Assembly (NCBI RefSeq): GCF_964355755.1
Contig: NC_092673.1
Coordinates: 34,221,648-34,285,647 of the forward strand
Reading direction: 5' to 3'
DNA: 64,000 nt
From: Antedon mediterranea
Lineage: Eukaryota; Animalia; Echinodermata
Shown in pieces: positions 40,733 through 54,797 of the stretch. The stretch's first letter is position 1, and the number at the start of each line of letters is the position of its first letter. The position numbers and the translations under genes were made by a program. Under the pieces are notes generated by a model. It did not search any database. It saw only the letters and a program-made list of their open reading frames with translations, and was not told the origin of the DNA.

Positions 40733-41371
40733 AACGGCAGAACAACCAAGTGAACCTACACCTACTACATCAAGTGAACATGCAACGGCAGAACAACCAA
40801 GTGAACCTACACCTACTACATAAAGTGAACATGCAACGGCAGAACAACCAAGTGAACCTACACCTACTACATCAAGTGAACATGCAACGGCAGAACAACC
40901 AAGTGAACCTACACCTACTACATCAAGTGAACATGCAACGGCAGAACAACCAAGTGAACCTACACCTACTACATCAAGTGAACATGCAACGGCAGAACAA
41001 CCAAGTGAACCTACACCTACTACATCAAGTGAACATGCAACGGCAGAACAACCAAGTGAACCTACACCTACTACATCAAGTGAACATGCAACGGCAGAAC
41101 AACCAAGTGAACCTACACCTACTACATCAAGTGAACATGCAACAGCAGAACAACCAAGTGAACCTACACCTACTACATCAAGTGAACATGCAACGGCAAA
41201 ACAACCAAGTGAACCTACACCTACTGCATCAAGTGAACATGCAACGGCAGAACAACCAAGTGAACCTACATTTACTACATCATGTGAACATGCAACGGCA
41301 GAACAACCAAGTGAACCTACACCTACTACATCAAGTGAACATGCAACGGCAGAACAACCAAGTGAACCTAC
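40733..41371 (+). repeat. 51-bp tandem repeat x ~12.5
   Basis: caacggcagaacaaccaagtgaacctacacctactacatcaagtgaacatg; alternative frame ATAEQPSEPTPTTSSEH. Confidence 0.97.
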
Positions 41372-44300
41372 ATTTTCCCTTCTTGGTCCGAAGAAGGAGG
41401 TTTACAAACTAGACAACTGAACAGAGACATGTGTAAGGCCAGTAGATCCATATTCTGGCTAAACAATTGTTTACAATTCACACATGATAAATCATTTTCC
41501 CTTTAGCATAGTAACTACATTGCCCTTTTGGGTTTTCATTGTGTCACCATACTCGGATTGATCTACTGCATAACATGGAAGACTAATGGTAAGTTTTCTG
41601 CCTTCACACAAGCGAGCCCACCACAAAGGATGAAGATAGCACCGATGAGCAGTGCCACAGGTCTACATTGATGTCATCATACTCAGTTTTATTTACAGTA
41701 TGGTTAAGATTCTGCCTATTTGACCATCTAACTTTAGGGGACATTACAGGTACAGTACTGTAATTTTATTCTCAGCCTAAAATAATAAATAATAATAAAT
41801 AATACCTTATATGTATTTTTTTGAGAATCGTTTAATCACCGGAAATGATTTATTCAATGAACTACAATTTACTGGAGAAACCTTCTATGAGAAATTGCTA
41901 AACTAACAAGTGAAACATCGAAAGACAGAGACAGATTGCTAGTAAGATGGGATCTTTTGGTTAAGATTCATCCTATTTGACAACTTAGCTTTAAGGGACA
42001 CGACAACAAATTGCATTAGACAGATTAGATTAGTATTACTGATGTCAGAAAATATCATCACTCAATGGCTGTGCATAATATATTAACCAGTAAAGATCAT
42101 GAGTTACTGAACTTATGGTAGCACATTAAGTTAACTGATGGCCACAGTTGTGGAGTTGTCACTGATGTTTTGAAGTCAACAAGTTTGGTAATATAGTTAT
42201 GTATTTTTATTTTTCAGTTGCTTCGTAAAAGACCAACTTTGGCATATCTATTTTAAATGTCATTGCCGAAACCCTAAAATTCAGGCGAATTACCCACTTG
42301 CTGCAACCGGAGTTTCATTAAAGAAAATACAATGAGGACACCACCGACAGCCCCTAATTCACCCAACCTCTAAAACGCTTCTAGTTGATGTGGCAGAAAA
42401 ATTGCAAGCGTTTTTAGAAGAACTTAACTAGACGGGGAAAATACTGAAAGAAAGCACAATGAAATATGGCGACGTCGCTGAGATAATGTTTGAAGTAAAA
42501 AGCCAGACTTCATGTTATTTATTCAGGTTAATGGTATAGGCTATTACTATATTTACATATAATTGTTGAATTGGTTATTGTTTTGGACAATTTCGTTCGA
42601 AGATTCCGCGCAATAAATCATCGTCTCACTATTTTCCTAACTCAAATCCCACGGCGAGTATCGGCACACAATTATGATATCAAGGTCAGGCCTATGTCTG
42701 TTCGTTGATCTTCGACCTGCTTTATAATACACTTTCCTTTATAAAAAAAAACCAAACAAACGCTATAACGATGGCAGTATCTTCGTATAGTGATAGAAAC
42801 ATAATGATTCACAGTGTGTTGTGCTACGCAAAAATAACCATGGTAACCATTTACCGATTTCATTCACTATTTTTCTTCAAGAGGTCACAATCATGCCACG
42901 GCGAACATAACACAACATAAGTCTTTGGAAATGGGTCTAATAATGTTTCTAAAAACAGCTCACATCCAGGCCTATTTCGATCATCATTACATTTTGTTCA
43001 CTGTATTTTTTTCGAAATTTGCATGTGTTATATACGCATTAATAAATATGTCAAAATTAGGCTGGCAACATATTTATCAGTGGTCGACGTTGGCGACAGG
43101 TTTCTTCAGTAAACCAAGACTGGACATTGTCACATACCTTCAACAAAATGATGGATAATTCATTTCAAAATATATTACAGGCCAATCAAATCACGTCACT
43201 TGGTTGTATCCAAAAGTGGTATCTTTCAAAAAGTATATGTATTCCAAATTAGTCAGCGTTCAAGTGTTTCAATTGTCGCCAACATCCAACATTTTAACAG
43301 GTACGTTTGTCCTACTTTACTCAATGTTAATGTTGGTTTACACTGACCTAAACTGTACAGCCTGAGATATCCATGACTATATTATTGGAGGATATCCTAC
43401 TTTTATTAGCGACAGAGGTTAGGATCACACCACAACATACAATAAGTAGCCTACATCACGTTCAGAAAACTTGAGCACCAATTACATTACTAAAAGTATG
43501 TGATGTGTATTTTTAGTGCATATTACAGTCAAGGCCTATATAAACAATGCAGTAACTTAGTGGTTGTATTAAAAATAAATCAGTAATAATACAGCGGTGA
43601 ATAATAAAATAATGTGAAATAATAGTAAATATTAATAACATTCCGTAATCAGGTTCATACTCATTCATTACAATTACATTAGTTTTAGTTTGTACACACA
43701 CAAATTAATCTGTACGTTTGCTTATTTTTATCCACAGACATGGCGGACGAACTGATTATGAAAATACAATGTTCCAAGTCCTTCAAGGCATTGTTTGTAG
43801 AAAACACTCCGCCTGTGATGCGTCAGCATGCTGTGCAACTTGGGATTCAAGTGGACAATACGCTGAACGATGTCTCTGAAGGTTGAGAATCTCAGCGGTT
43901 TGTGCAGTTTTAGCGCAACACAGAGACAAGTCCGTCAACTGAAGGCCGAAAATCAAAAGCACGCATTTCACATGTCATTTGTTGCGACACCTACAAAAGT
44001 ATCTACTCCTATTGCTGCAGACTGCAAACCAAAAGAAAGTCCGAGACGAGATGTTGAACTTGAATTCTTTACTGCCACCGACAGTGAAGATAATGATGTT
44101 CCATTTTTGGAATCTCTGGAACGAATGGAAAAGAGAGCAACACCCAAGAAATCTCGCAAAACTAGGAAGATGACGACAAGGAGGAGAATTAAACTCGAAA
44201 AAGTGTAAATACGTCTATTCTAGGCCTATTCGTACTAAGTCTGCGTTAACCTTAAGACGCATTATTTCATGTTCAAAAGAAAAAAAGAAATAAAAAAAGA

Positions 44301-44916
44301 AATAAATAAATAATGATGTTTGTTTCTGTTTATTAGCTTTGACCGAAAGTGAAATACATGTCTCCTACAGTGACAAAACGGCCGCCGTTCAAAACTAAAT
44401 TACCGTTTACTGACAGGACATCTGTATTTCACATTCTACTTGCTTCACTGCAGTTAGTTTATTACCACTAGCTACAAATGACGATGTCCGCTTATCGTAG
44501 GTACAGATAGCCGATGGTGGATCACGTCACGCGACGATAAAATGTATACTATACTGATCAACTCTTCAGAGACCCGCCTGGTTCGGGTTTGTCGTTAACA
44601 GAAAATAAATGATGATAATATTTGTCCACATCCCCTTGAAAGGTGGTAGAATGTCCGTTCTTTTCACACCACCAACGTTTACATACTATTTTATAACATC
44701 AGTAATATTGATTTCATTTCAGTGTAAATAAGGAGACTGCATTATTACGCAAATCAACAGATGCCAGACGTTTAACACGCTTTAAAAGATCGCAAACAAC
44801 AAGCGCCAGACATTCAATATCTTCTATAAACTACTCGCCTCAAATAAACTACGGTAAAACAAGGCATGGTATCACTCAAATTGCATACAATTTCAACGAG
44901 AACATAATCCCTACTC

Positions 44917-47900
44917 ATGTCACAGAATTCCAACCAAAGGGTCTTTTTGTTGAAGATGATGTCTGCCGTCATTGCTTTGCATATAGATTTGCACGAGAAA
45001 AAATCGGTTTCTGTTCAATTGAAAGACATTCCTGGCTACATTAAAGAACTATATGGCCAAGAATCATTTCTAAACAATATCAGAACTTACAATAATGCTA
45101 TGGCACTTGCGTCTATTGGAGTCAAGGAGGAACGCGTACCAGGATATTCGCCAACAGTTAAGGTACACGGAAAAGTTTATCACTTCATCGGTTCCATGCT
45201 TCCTGATACAAACACGACTCCAACATTTGCCCAAATTTATTTTTACGATGGTTCAGAGGATCAAAAAGCACAGCAAAGATGCAACAATTCCAACACAAAT
45301 CTCGACAAGTACACACTTAAACGCCTGCAAGATACACTACATTTACATAATCCATACATTCAAAGTATGAAAACCGTCTTAGACTTACCGAGTCTATGCA
45401 ATAAGAAACTGGTGTTGTCGACCAAAACAAAACCAAATACAGAACACAACAGGAAATACAATCTACCACAATCAAACGAGATAGCAGTTTTAGAACTCAA
45501 CGATACCTGCAACTCTACAGATGTCATAATCTACATACGTACATACATACGGCGCATACATGATACGCACCGCTCATATGATCCCCTACATTATATTATC
45601 ATGTTCCCACAGGGCGATGACGGCTACCACGATAACCTACAACTTATCAATAACAAGAGGATGTCACCTACAAACTTCTATTGTTACCGTCTCCAAACGC
45701 GGAAAGATAACCTCAACATCATTTCCAAAAGTCGGCGGCTAATGCAACAATATGCTGTAGATGCATTCAGTAAAGCCGAACGGCAGCGACTTCGATGGGT
45801 AAGAATGAATCAAAAACATCTCAGGGCAGAAAAATACAAGTGCCTTTTAGACGCGGTCGATGCTCAAGAAGAAGTTACTAACATAGGTAGAGTCGTCGTC
45901 CTTCCTCCAACCATTTACGGTTCACCTCGATGGTATGCTCAACAATACCAAGATGCCATGGCTTTAATACGTACATACGGCAAACCTGATTATTTCATCA
46001 CTCTATTCATTATGGTCAAAAACCCGGAGACAGACCCGACATCTGTAACCGGGCGTTCAGTAATCGGCTTCAATTTCTCCTTGATGACATTTAAAAATTT
46101 GACCTTCTTGGTAACATTGTTGCTTATACTCTAATGACAGAATTTCAAAAAAGAGGTTTACCTCACGTCCATATCGTAGCAATATTGGCTAAAGAAGATA
46201 AACCGAGGAGCCCTGCCGATATAGACAAAATTGATGAAAATCCATGCCTACATAACATAATAACCACATGTATGATCCATGGCCATGTGGAAATGTCGCC
46301 CCGTAAGTAAGTAAGTGCGATAAAAACTTTCCTAAACCTTTTAGATGTAATACCACAATGACTCCACAAACAGGTGCATTATATCGCAGAAGATCACCAG
46401 AAGAAGGAGGTCACATTACTAACGTTAAGAGAAAACAACGCTCTTATACAGTTGATAACTCATTCGTGGTACCATATAACCCAATGCTTATGCTAAAGTA
46501 CAATGCACATATCAACGTGGAAATATTAACAACTATCAAAGCCGTCAAATACATATACAAATATATTACAAAGGGCAGCGACAGAGTCATGGTGAAATTA
46601 CCGTCTGGAGAAATGGCATACAATGAAATTGAATCATTCGCTAATGCTAGATATATTAGTGCATCAGAGGCTTTGTGGAGACTCTATGAATTTCCGGTCA
46701 CACGACGACATCCATCTGTAAAACAATTGCCAATTCATTTAGAAAATGACCAAATTGGATATATTGATCCTAATGCTCCTGATGGAATCAACGACGCACT
46801 CAACAAGGCAGAAACAACAATGCTGACTGCTTTTTTTAATCTGAATTCGCACAAAGATGATTTATCAAACCTAACATATCCAAATGTTCTCAGCAAATAC
46901 ACATATTCCAACAAACAATGGAAACCACGCAAACGTCATAACTCCAGAAGAAACAACCCAGACCAAATAAGTGATACCATTGGAAGATTACCCGTCATCA
47001 ATCTCAATCCTCACCAGAGAGAACTTTACTTCCTTCGTATCCTACTTATTCATGTGCCCAGCCCAACGAGCTTTACAAACATTCGAACAGTTGATGGAAT
47101 AACATATGAGACCAATCACGCTGCATGCGTTGCATTAGGCTTATATGAAGATGACAGGGAAATAGACAGGGCAATGGAAGAAACCGCTTCTCTACATTTC
47201 GGTGACAACATCCGTCAAGTGTTTGCCACCATTTTACTTTACATTGGCCCTCACAATCCCAATGACTTCTTTACTCGACACAAACAGTTACTGACTGAAG
47301 ATTTCCAGAGGCGCGACAATGTCATTGAAGCAACGCAAGCTCACGTCAATGCGGCACTATTGCAAATTGATCAAGCCCTACAAAAAACTAAAATGTATAA
47401 TAACGACCAGTCTCATCCTCTTTTTAACTTTATAAATTTCAGTAGATCCGGAAGGATGATTCCTTCAATTAAGAAGACTGAGCGTCATAATAAATCATTT
47501 CTTCCGTGTGCAATCAGGCAATACAACAAGCAATTTAAAAGATAACTTGAGACGTTTTATATTTTATTCTTTATATAGTATTTTAATATTTATACTGTTC
47601 ATAATGTTTTATACATAGCATATTTTCTTATATATTATCTTATCCATTGTATAGTATTGTATGTTTTTAACTGTTGTTATTTTTATTGTAATTTGAACCT
47701 TGGAAGGCAAATTTCATTTACTGTGTATTTGACAATAAATTTTAACTTGAACTTGAACTTGAACTTGAAAGAGGCGGTGCATCGTTAGGAGATTTCAACC
47801 TACCAATCCCACTAATTGTAAACAACACACCTACTACACCACAAATAATTCGTGAGGAAACTATGTACGACATAGCACAACTAAACGACTACGTCCAGAC

Positions 47901-49200
47901 ACACTTACCGCGTCTAAACAAACAACAGGTCGTATTCCATTCCGTTCTTTCATCCACTATCAAACATGAGGGCAAAATATTTCATCTAGACGCACCTGGT
48001 GGAACTGGAAAAACGTTCACAATCAACCTCCTCTTAGCAGAAATACGACGACAAGGTCTTATTGCACTTGCTGTGGCTACAAGTGGTATAGCTGCTACAC
48101 TTCTACCCAACGGTAGAACAATTCATTCTCGATTTAAGGTACCACTAAAATTAAGTGAAGATTCCACATGCAACATTCCTATACAATCGCATACTGCTGC
48201 TCTAATAAAAAACACTTCACTTATTGTCATTGACGAAGTCACCATGGCACACAAATACATGTTTGAGGCATTAGACCGATCACTAAGAGACATACGGAAA
48301 TTCTCTTAGCCGGTGATTGGCGACAAATTCTCCCAAAAGGAGGTAAACCTGAAATACTCCAATCTACATTAAAGTCATCACACCTCTGGAACAACATACA
48401 TCAACTCAAACTATCCGATAATCTCAGGGTAGCCAATTCTCCCGGAAACAAACACATCTACTTCTTTCTGTAGGGGAAGGCGTCCATCCATATATAGCCG
48501 ACGACACCATCCAGTTACCTCACCATTTCTTTTCAAATGCCAAAACACTAAACGCTTTCTGCTTGGAAGTATATCCTGAAATAATCAACAAAACTCAAAC
48601 TAACGACACGATTTGTTCAAAGGCCATTCTTTGTCCAACAAATGAAACTGTCACACAAGTCAATGAATGTTTAATACATTTGTTCCCCGGCCAAACGAAA
48701 ACATACTTAAGCTACGATTCTGTGGACGAGGATATACAACATCAATACCCTACCGAATTTCTCAATGGCCTACAACTAAAGCCTGGCATTCCTATTATGC
48801 TACTAAGAAATATTGATCCTAGCAATGGCCATTGCAATGGGGCGAGATATATTGTTAAAACTATGCTAGATAGAGTCATCCATGCTGCAATTGCAACAGG
48901 ACCACACAAAGGAAATGACTTAATCATACCTAGATTCAAATTAGCCCCTGATGATCCAACATTACCATTTACTTTAACCAGAAAACAATTCCCTATCAGA
49001 GTATGTTTCGGTATCACGTCTAACAAAAGCCAAGGACAAACACTTAGCAAAGTTGGCATATTTCTTGATCAACAATTTTTTACGCACGGCCAATTGTATG
49101 TTTCATTGAGTAGAGTTGGAAACCCTGAATCTACAATCCCAACGCAACTAATAGTCACCATGTTTCAAACATTGTCTTCAAGGAAATATTTCAATTATAG
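44917..49200 (+). mobile_element. Helitron Rep/PIF1-helicase gene, decayed (frameshifts, stops, deletions)
   Basis: HRSYDPLHY, GSPRWY, YGKPDYFIT, TEFQKRGLPHVHI (~46136), VVPYNP, KYIYKYITKG; DAPGGTGKT, IDEVTM, GDWRQ, QFPIRVCF..NKSQGQTL, FTHGQLYVSLSRV, C-terminal NIVFKEIF. Confidence 0.95.
47388..47767 (+). mobile_element. 5'-truncated LINE (Rex1/Babar- or L2-like) inserted in the Helitron ORF
   Basis: DQSHPLF..SGR..KTERHNKSFLPCAIRQYN stop, AT-rich UTR, aataaa, (aacttg)n tail; flanks rejoin as DQALQ-RGGASLGDFNLP. Confidence 0.85.
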
Positions 49201-49781
49201 GCCTACTCCCTACCAACTACCTGTACAAGGATCGTTACATCGACTCTGCACATGAACCAGTTGATATCTTAACTACATTGCACACATAAATGCTGAAATA
49301 TCAAGATGACACTCAAAAAAAGTATGTAAGTTTTTACTACACTATTCCTTATCATTGCTTCGTGCCTCTTATAGTTTTCAGTAACTACGAAATCAACAAT
49401 ACTTAGGCCTACAGATATGTTTGTGTGCGGGTGTGTGGGTGTGTGTGTGAAAACACCTTTTAATGCTGTCTTATTTATGAAATTAAACGGAAAATGCCCT
49501 TTTCTAAAACGACTTGACCTTTGTTGCTTTCTTGCATGAATAATATTTTTATTATTATACTTTATTCAGATATGGTTCCTGCCAAGATACACAGTCGTTT
49601 CCACCATCTTTTGGGATCGAGGAATGAATCCTCCACTGTCGACCATACTCAATGTCATTAATTGCTCACTCACCTATTATAACTTTTTTTCCGGCAGTTT
49701 ATTGTCAGTGTAGCCGTAATTCATACAGTCTAATATAATGTTGACGTTTATGCGTTTATGTTAAACCAGAAGCCCGCATAA

Positions 49782-49962
49782 AGGGTCTTTCACACCTGTT
49801 CCGGCACTGTTCCGGTCCGGTGAATCGAACATCAATGTTTCGTTTTCACGCGGCTATGCGCCAATCGATATGTGCGTAGCCGCGTGAAAACGAAACATTG
49901 GCGTTCGATTGGATTTTCCGGCGCCGGACCGGAACCGTGCCGGAACAGGTGTGAAAGACCCT
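49782..49962. mobile_element. Palindromic PIF/Harbinger-type MITE, 181 bp
   Basis: agggtctttcacacctgttccggcac / gtgccggaacaggtgtgaaagaccct, TAA duplication. Confidence 0.9.
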
Positions 49963-51265
49963 TAAGGGTGTTTTCCAAACATGGTACAAAATGTATACCG
50001 TAAATTGCAAACATAAATTCTTATATCAGGTTCGGAAAATGTTAAAAACCAATTTGTATTATTTGAATCGGTAAACAGTTTCCATTTATTATACATTGAT
50101 AATGAAACATGAAATATTCCTATTTATGTCCCTCGAGGTTCATTACAATTTATATTTAGTAGTCCCACGGACTTCATCTTAGCCACTCCCCCGAGTGCTA
50201 AGGCCAAATTTATAATACCCTACTTTCTATGCAAGTTTAGTTACAGTTAGTTCTTGACGATAATACAACAAATTTAGCATGGATGACACTCTTAAGGAGG
50301 CATTTTGCAAGACCTAATTCGGATGGACTGAAAGTGATATGTCGTGACACAATTTTTAAAAGTGCAACAGCTGCCAACACCCACAAATCTAGACAGGGAT
50401 TGGGGTATTCTGCCTCAGCAGAATTTTTTACAGTATTATTCCAACTCAAATGCTATTTATTTTTTTAATTCACCAGGAGCCCAAAAAGGGTAAAAAGCGT
50501 ACAAGACAATGCCCTTTACCAAAGTGTAAAGATTTTTACAAGTGCAACAGCTGCCAACACTCGTAAATCTAGACAGGAATTGGGGTAGTCTGCTTTTTTG
50601 ACAGTATTATTTCAACTCAAATGTTATTTATTTTCTAAATTCACCAGGAGCCCAATAAGGGTAAAAAGCGTGCCCTTTACCAAAGTGTAAAGCCAAGGTT
50701 CAGCAATTTGTATGGCATCTAATGGGCAGCAAGCATGGCTTACTACAAGAAGATGCAATGCCAATTGTAGATGAAAGCAGTCTGAAGTTGAAACGTGACA
50801 AGTCAGAACTTGACACTTGTCCGTTTCCAGGATGCAGCATGAAAAGAGCAAGAGTGCTAACGGAAAGTCTATAAATGATGAAATGCTCATTTTAACTATT
50901 ATGTATCTATATTTATTTATATTAGGTTATTTTGTAGTTGAGTATTTCTTCACAAAAGAGGGGCCTTCAGCTAAGGGGTATACTACAGCTTCGACGTGTG
51001 CATTAATTAATTGTTCACTAGAGAATGCTGCAAGATTAGGTTATTTGGTAGTTGAGTCTTCAAATCATATCCTAAATTTATTATCTGCAACAGAAATTTA
51101 TGAATGGTGGAGACAACTTTACCATTCAAAAACGTGAAATATTGCTGACATCACATTTGTCACTTTTGTGTCCATAGGTTGGTCATGCCACAGGTGCCAT
51201 GGGCTACAATGCAATACAATGAGGACACCGCCGACAGCCCCTAATTCACCCACCCTCTAAAACCA

Positions 51266-51533
51266 GGAGCCCAAAAAGGGTAAAAAGCGTACAAGACAAT
51301 GCCCTTTACCAAAGTGTAAAGCCAAGGTTCAGCAATTTGTATGGCATCTAATGGGCAGCAAGCATGGCTTACTACAAGAAGATGCAATGCCAATTGTAGA
51401 TGAAAGCAGTCTCAAGTTGAAACGCGACAAGTCAGAACTTGACACTTGTCTGTTTCCAGGATGCAGCTTGAAAAGAGCAAGAGTTGGAAGACATCTCGCT
51501 CAATTTCACAAATTGCTAACGGAAAGTCTATAA
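51266..51533 (+). pseudogene. Tandem atypical C2H2 zinc-finger fragment (copies at 50476 and 50645)
   Basis: CPLPKCKAKVQQFVWHLMGSKH and CLFPGCSLKRARVGRHLAQFH. Confidence 0.65.
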
Positions 51534-52659
51534 ATGATGAAATGCTCATTTTAACTATTATGTATCTATATTTATTTTTTTATGTTTTTTTCTCCAAGGA
51601 ACACACATTTTTTAAATCAAAAATTGCAAGTAAGAAAGGATCCTATATGATCTATTTTCTGTAGGGAACATATATTTTTCCAGAATGAGTGATAATAGAA
51701 GGATAAAGAATCTTGAGAAGGAGGTATACAAGTTGAGAAAAAGGGTAAAGAAACTAGAAAAGTCAGAGGCAAAAAAAAACTAAGGATGATGGAAGGATGA
51801 AGACAAAAAACAAACGACTTTCTAGAAAAATAAGAAATTTAAATCGTCAACTGCAAAGGAGGGAAGGGGTAATTTCTTATTTCGACGGTTTGACCAAGGA
51901 TTTGGAAAGAAGAATAGCTGAAGGGGGAACGCCTACAGCGTATTGAACCAGATGAAGAAATTGTGTATATTGATTAAATGACTGATAGACACCGACAACA
52001 ACAATGTAGATTATCTTATAGTTTTTTCGTGGCCTGCTGTACATAACAGCGACACGATGAAAGTAGCAGACATATTACAATGGAATGGCTTCACGTATAT
52101 TAGAATGAAGCCAACAAATGGCAATCAAACAATAATGAAGTATGTCAAAAGATGCAAACACGTTATTGTAGTTTTCAATAAAATTTGGGATGTAGTATTT
52201 AATTTGTTACCTTATTTTTAAGGAAGCTTACACCTTCAATTAAGAAGACACCGCCAACAATAATGTAGATTATCTTTATAGTTTTGTCGTGGCCTGCTGT
52301 ACATAACAGCGACATGATGAAAGTAGCAGACATATTACAATGGAATGGCTTCACGTATATTAGAATGAAGCCAACAAAAGACAATCAAACAATAATGAAG
52401 TATGTCAAAAGATGCAAACGTGTTATTGTATTTCAAAATTTATTGTTTGACGATTACGTCGAATGAATGCCTTATTAAGCAGTGAACACAGAAGTGTTGG
52501 CATTTGGGATGCAGTATTTGAATTGGAGATTGAGCCTTTTCAATATATGTTATGTTATGTGGTTAACTTTTAAAAATAGAACGCGCGGATTTCGCATACA
52601 GCACAAATGCAATACAATAACAAAAACCTATATGCTTTATGTGACATATTGAACAACTC

Positions 52660-52850
52660 ATCTCCTGCCAGTTCACCGCTTTGTTGCTTTCGTCGTCTTT
52701 GACGATCTTGTTTGAACTCCGTTGGAATTTCACACTTTGATGCAAATTTCTTTGCGTCGCTCATTAATGCCTTGTAATATTCGTCGCTTTTCTTATCTGC
52801 CAGTGCTTTTTCAGCATCGTCTATTAGTTGCAATTCCTCGCTATTGCAAT
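52660..52850 (-). pseudogene. hAT (ZMYM1-like) transposase fragment, copy 1
   Basis: LQLIDDAEKAL..AKKFASKCEIPTEFKQDRQRRRKQQSGE. Confidence 0.6.
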
Positions 52851-54569
52851 GCGTCAGAAGCCACACGAATTGTCTCAAGGATGTCTTTAGGAGGTAGTAG
52901 ATCGTGATAGATTAAGAAGAACCGCAATTTCTTGAAGCCGAACCGTCGCACGTTCAATGTCAGTAGTCTGTCTGGATTCCCTAAACCAGAACAACATGCA
53001 TATGAAGTAATTATTTTTATCTATTTACTTCAAATTATCTGTCAGACGTCTTGCGTTGCGACTTTAATTTGAAAAGACCTGTCATACTATGATCCCCTTT
53101 CTCTTAGTCTTGTTGAAGTGACGTACCGGTGCGATAGAGGGCGCGATATCAGCGTAGATATAGAATCTAGGCTTGGATTTACGACTAGGCGCGTAGAGGC
53201 AGCCAGTTCAAATTTTTAATATATCAAATATCGAAACGAATTACTATATCACACATATTTGGGATAACAATTTCATTTCGTTTTCATTGTAACAATTATG
53301 CAGTGTTTTAATTTTGGAAATTAAATTCCGTTTATACATGTGTCATAGTCGAATCATCATTCGATAACAAAATTAATAAGGAGAAGGAGAGAGAGAGAGA
53401 GAACTAAATAAAATTTAAAACATAGCATTTTGATTATATATCTATATTTATTTTTTATGTTTTTTTCTCCAAGGAACACACATTTTTTAAATCAAAAATT
53501 GCAAGTAAGAAAGGATCTTTTGGTTACGATTTTGCCTATATGATCTATTTTCTGTAGGGAACATATATTTTTCCAGAATGAGTGATAATAGAAGGATAAA
53601 GAATCTTGAGAAGGAGGTATACAAGTTAAAACAAACGACTTTCTAGAAAAATAAGAAATTTAAATCGTCAACTGCAAAGGAGAGAAGGGGTAATTTCTTA
53701 TTTAGAAGGTTTGACCAAGGGATTTGGAAAGAAGAATAACTGAAGGGGAAGAACGCCTACAGCGCATTGAACCAGATGAAGAAATTGTGTATATTGATTA
53801 AATGACTGATAACTGTAAGTAATTGGTTACCTTATTTTAAAGGAAGCTTACACCTTTAATTCAGAAGACACAGACAACAACAATGTAGATTATCTTATAG
53901 TTTTGTCGTGGCCTGCTGTACATAACAGCGACATGATCAAAGTAGCAGACATATTACAATGGAATGGCTTCACATATATTAGAATGAAGCCAACAAAAGA
54001 CAATCAAACAATAATGAAGTATGTCAAAAGATGCAAACGTGTTATTGTAGTTCAAAATTTATTCTTTGAAGATTACGTCGAATGAATGCATTATTAAGCA
54101 GTGAACACAGAAGTGTTGAAAAGGTTCTCAATAGACTTTACATCTAAACATTTGGGATGCAGTATTTGAATTGGAGATTGAGAAAGAGGAGAAACTAGAA
54201 AAGTCAGAGGCAAAAAAAACCAATGATGGAAACCGATATAATGGCCATTCCATGAATGAGCTGAAGTCATGCATATGGCCAGTAGATCCTTTGTTGAATA
54301 CTGCCCAAAAAAATATTTACAAAATTGAAAAATCAAAAAACAAAAAATCAATGAAGAGTGGAGACAGGCCTCACCCTCCGCTTGATCACTAGTTTGGAAA
54401 ATATAGTAATTGTACCCACAAGTTGTATCAAACAATTTGAAAAAAAAATCAACCGCTTCCGAGTACAACAATAATGGTTAACTTTTTAAAATAAAACGCA
54501 CGGATTTCGCATACAGCACAAATGCAATACAATAACAAAAACCTATATGCTTTATGTGACATATTGAAC

Positions 54570-54785
54570 AACTCATCTCCTGCCAATTCACCGCTTTGTT
54601 GCTTTCGTCGTCTTTGACGATCTTGTTTGAACTCCGTTGGAATTTCACATTTTGATGCAAATTTCTTTGCGTCGCTCATTAATGCCTTGTAATATTCGTC
54701 GCTTCTCTTAAATGCCAGTGCTTTTTCAGCATCGTCTATTAGTTGTAATGCTGTATCTATTGCAATTCCTCGCTCTTGCAATGCC
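54570..54785 (-). pseudogene. hAT (ZMYM1-like) transposase fragment, copy 2
   Basis: LQERGIAIDTALQLIDDAEKAL..RRRKQQSGELAGDE. Confidence 0.6.
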
Positions 54786-54797
54786 TCAGAAGCCACA

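Noticed and set aside
40750-41412. 220-aa Q/N/H-rich (prion-like) ORF
   Set aside because: Starts at GTG within the repeat; the alternative frame links to flanking homologous fragments
44917-49255. Active autonomous Helitron
   Set aside because: Multiple frameshifts, stops, deletions and a LINE insertion; termini not identified
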